IMG/VR virus record: IMGVR_UViG_3300006097_000020
Span: 1-39,347 of that record
Reading direction: 5' to 3' (one strand)
Origin: a virus
DNA: 39,347 nt
This document shows positions 39,108-39,347 of the stretch, one piece after another (positions within the stretch are counted from its first letter, which is position 1; the number at the start of each line of letters is the position of its first letter). The notes beneath the pieces were generated by a model. It saw only the letters and a program-made list of their open reading frames with translations, had not been told where the DNA came from and did not search any database. The position numbers and the translations under genes are program-made.

Positions 39108-39347
39108 TTACAAATAGTCTTCTGCTAACAATTCGGCCTGTTCTTTGCAGTGCGAATAGATTTCTAAGTCTTCGCTGTCTTCTTCAAATTCAGGCGCATC
39201 CTCGGCATAATTATAAATAATGCCAGATTCGCCTTCATATTGTAAAGCATTCGAGTTTTTAGCAACATCTTCAGCAGAATATTTGTCTACTATTTGAAAA
39301 ATTGCGCCCGTATTGTCGACCGCATGCTCGTCGTCCAGTTGGACAAA
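39108..39347 (-). CDS. C-terminal segment of the junction-spanning hypothetical acidic protein (see 1..151)
   Basis: Open from the window edge down to TAA at 39110..39108. Reads ...IVDKYSAEDVAKNSNALQYEGESGIIYNYAEDAPEFEEDSEDLEIYSHCKEQAELLAEDYL. Confidence 0.7.
   Translation of the reverse strand, partial: FVQLDDEHAVDNTGAIFQIVDKYSAEDVAKNSNALQYEGESGIIYNYAEDAPEFEEDSEDLEIYSHCKEQAELLAEDYL
39293..39347. repeat. Terminal direct repeat, copy 2 (identical to 1..55)
   Basis: Direct comparison of the two window ends. Confidence 0.95.

Noticed and set aside
1814-39117. All plus-strand ORFs in the supplied track. Examples are 1814..2083, 3537..3860, 6329..6719, 7721..7951, 8206..9526, 14186..14476, 24080..24409, 25156..25443, 26655..26912, 30052..30884, 33443..33682 and 38668..39117.
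   Set aside because: Each lies antisense within a longer minus-strand gene with recognisable function or operon register. Their translations are low-complexity or hydrophobic, and none has its own intergenic context. They look like shadow frames.
1-39347. Calling the phage temperate, or the window a prophage.
   Set aside because: I recognised no integrase, excisionase, CI/Cro-like repressor or att-like flanks. The identical ends close the molecule on itself rather than into host DNA.

Overview
The window looks like one complete tailed-phage genome. Nucleotides 1..55 are identical to 39293..39347, so the unique length is about 39,292 bp, and an intact 111-aa ORF only appears when the two ends are joined. 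Every credible gene (about 70) is on the minus strand. The plus-strand ORFs in the track are shadow frames inside minus-strand genes.

Modules, read 5'->3' on the minus strand (right to left):
- 39.3-35.1 kb: small early genes, an ERF-type annealing protein, a YqaJ-like exonuclease and a NinG/Rap-like protein.
- 35.0-32.9 kb: a replication initiator carrying 11-nt iterons inside its own gene, followed by a DnaB helicase.
- 32.8-22.8 kb: an accessory region of small genes mixed with nucleic-acid modification or repair genes. These are a DNA methyltransferase, a Rossmann methyltransferase-like protein, a PP-loop PAPS-reductase/DndC-like protein, a Thg1-like 3'-5' nucleotidyltransferase, a DUF4406-like protein, an HNH nuclease, a ParB-like protein and a GT-A-like protein.
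- 22.6-19.3 kb: TerS, TerL and portal.
- 19.3-17.4 kb: a four-gene insertion that includes a LamG-like protein.
- 17.1-11.6 kb: Mu-F/SPP1 gp7-like protein, a small Com-like zinc ribbon, HK97-type protease and capsid, and connector proteins.
- 11.0-2.6 kb: siphovirus-type tail. This comprises the major tail protein, chaperones with a -1 slippery run, the tape measure, a 1135-aa distal tail protein, a fibre and a five-repeat propeller-like protein.
- 2.6-0.7 kb: lysis cassette with an M15 peptidase.

Low GC, no obvious Shine-Dalgarno sequences and signal peptides ending in AQ/GQ suggest a Bacteroidota host, but this is only an inference. I found no tRNA, rRNA, CRISPR array, integrase or recognisable repressor.

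Most interesting signals:
1. A family of structured intergenic inverted repeats with a conserved loop and covarying stems, plus several other recurring intergenic motifs, that separate the accessory genes between 24.3 and 31.4 kb like cassette boundaries.
2. The cluster of a Thg1-like protein, a PP-loop protein and methyltransferases, which may be a tRNA or DNA repair/modification system.
3. DNA-level 11-nt iterons inside the initiator gene.
4. An unlisted Com-like zinc-ribbon ORF.
5. Signal-peptide proteins embedded in the virion module.

All family assignments come from motif recognition by eye and need HMM or structure confirmation.
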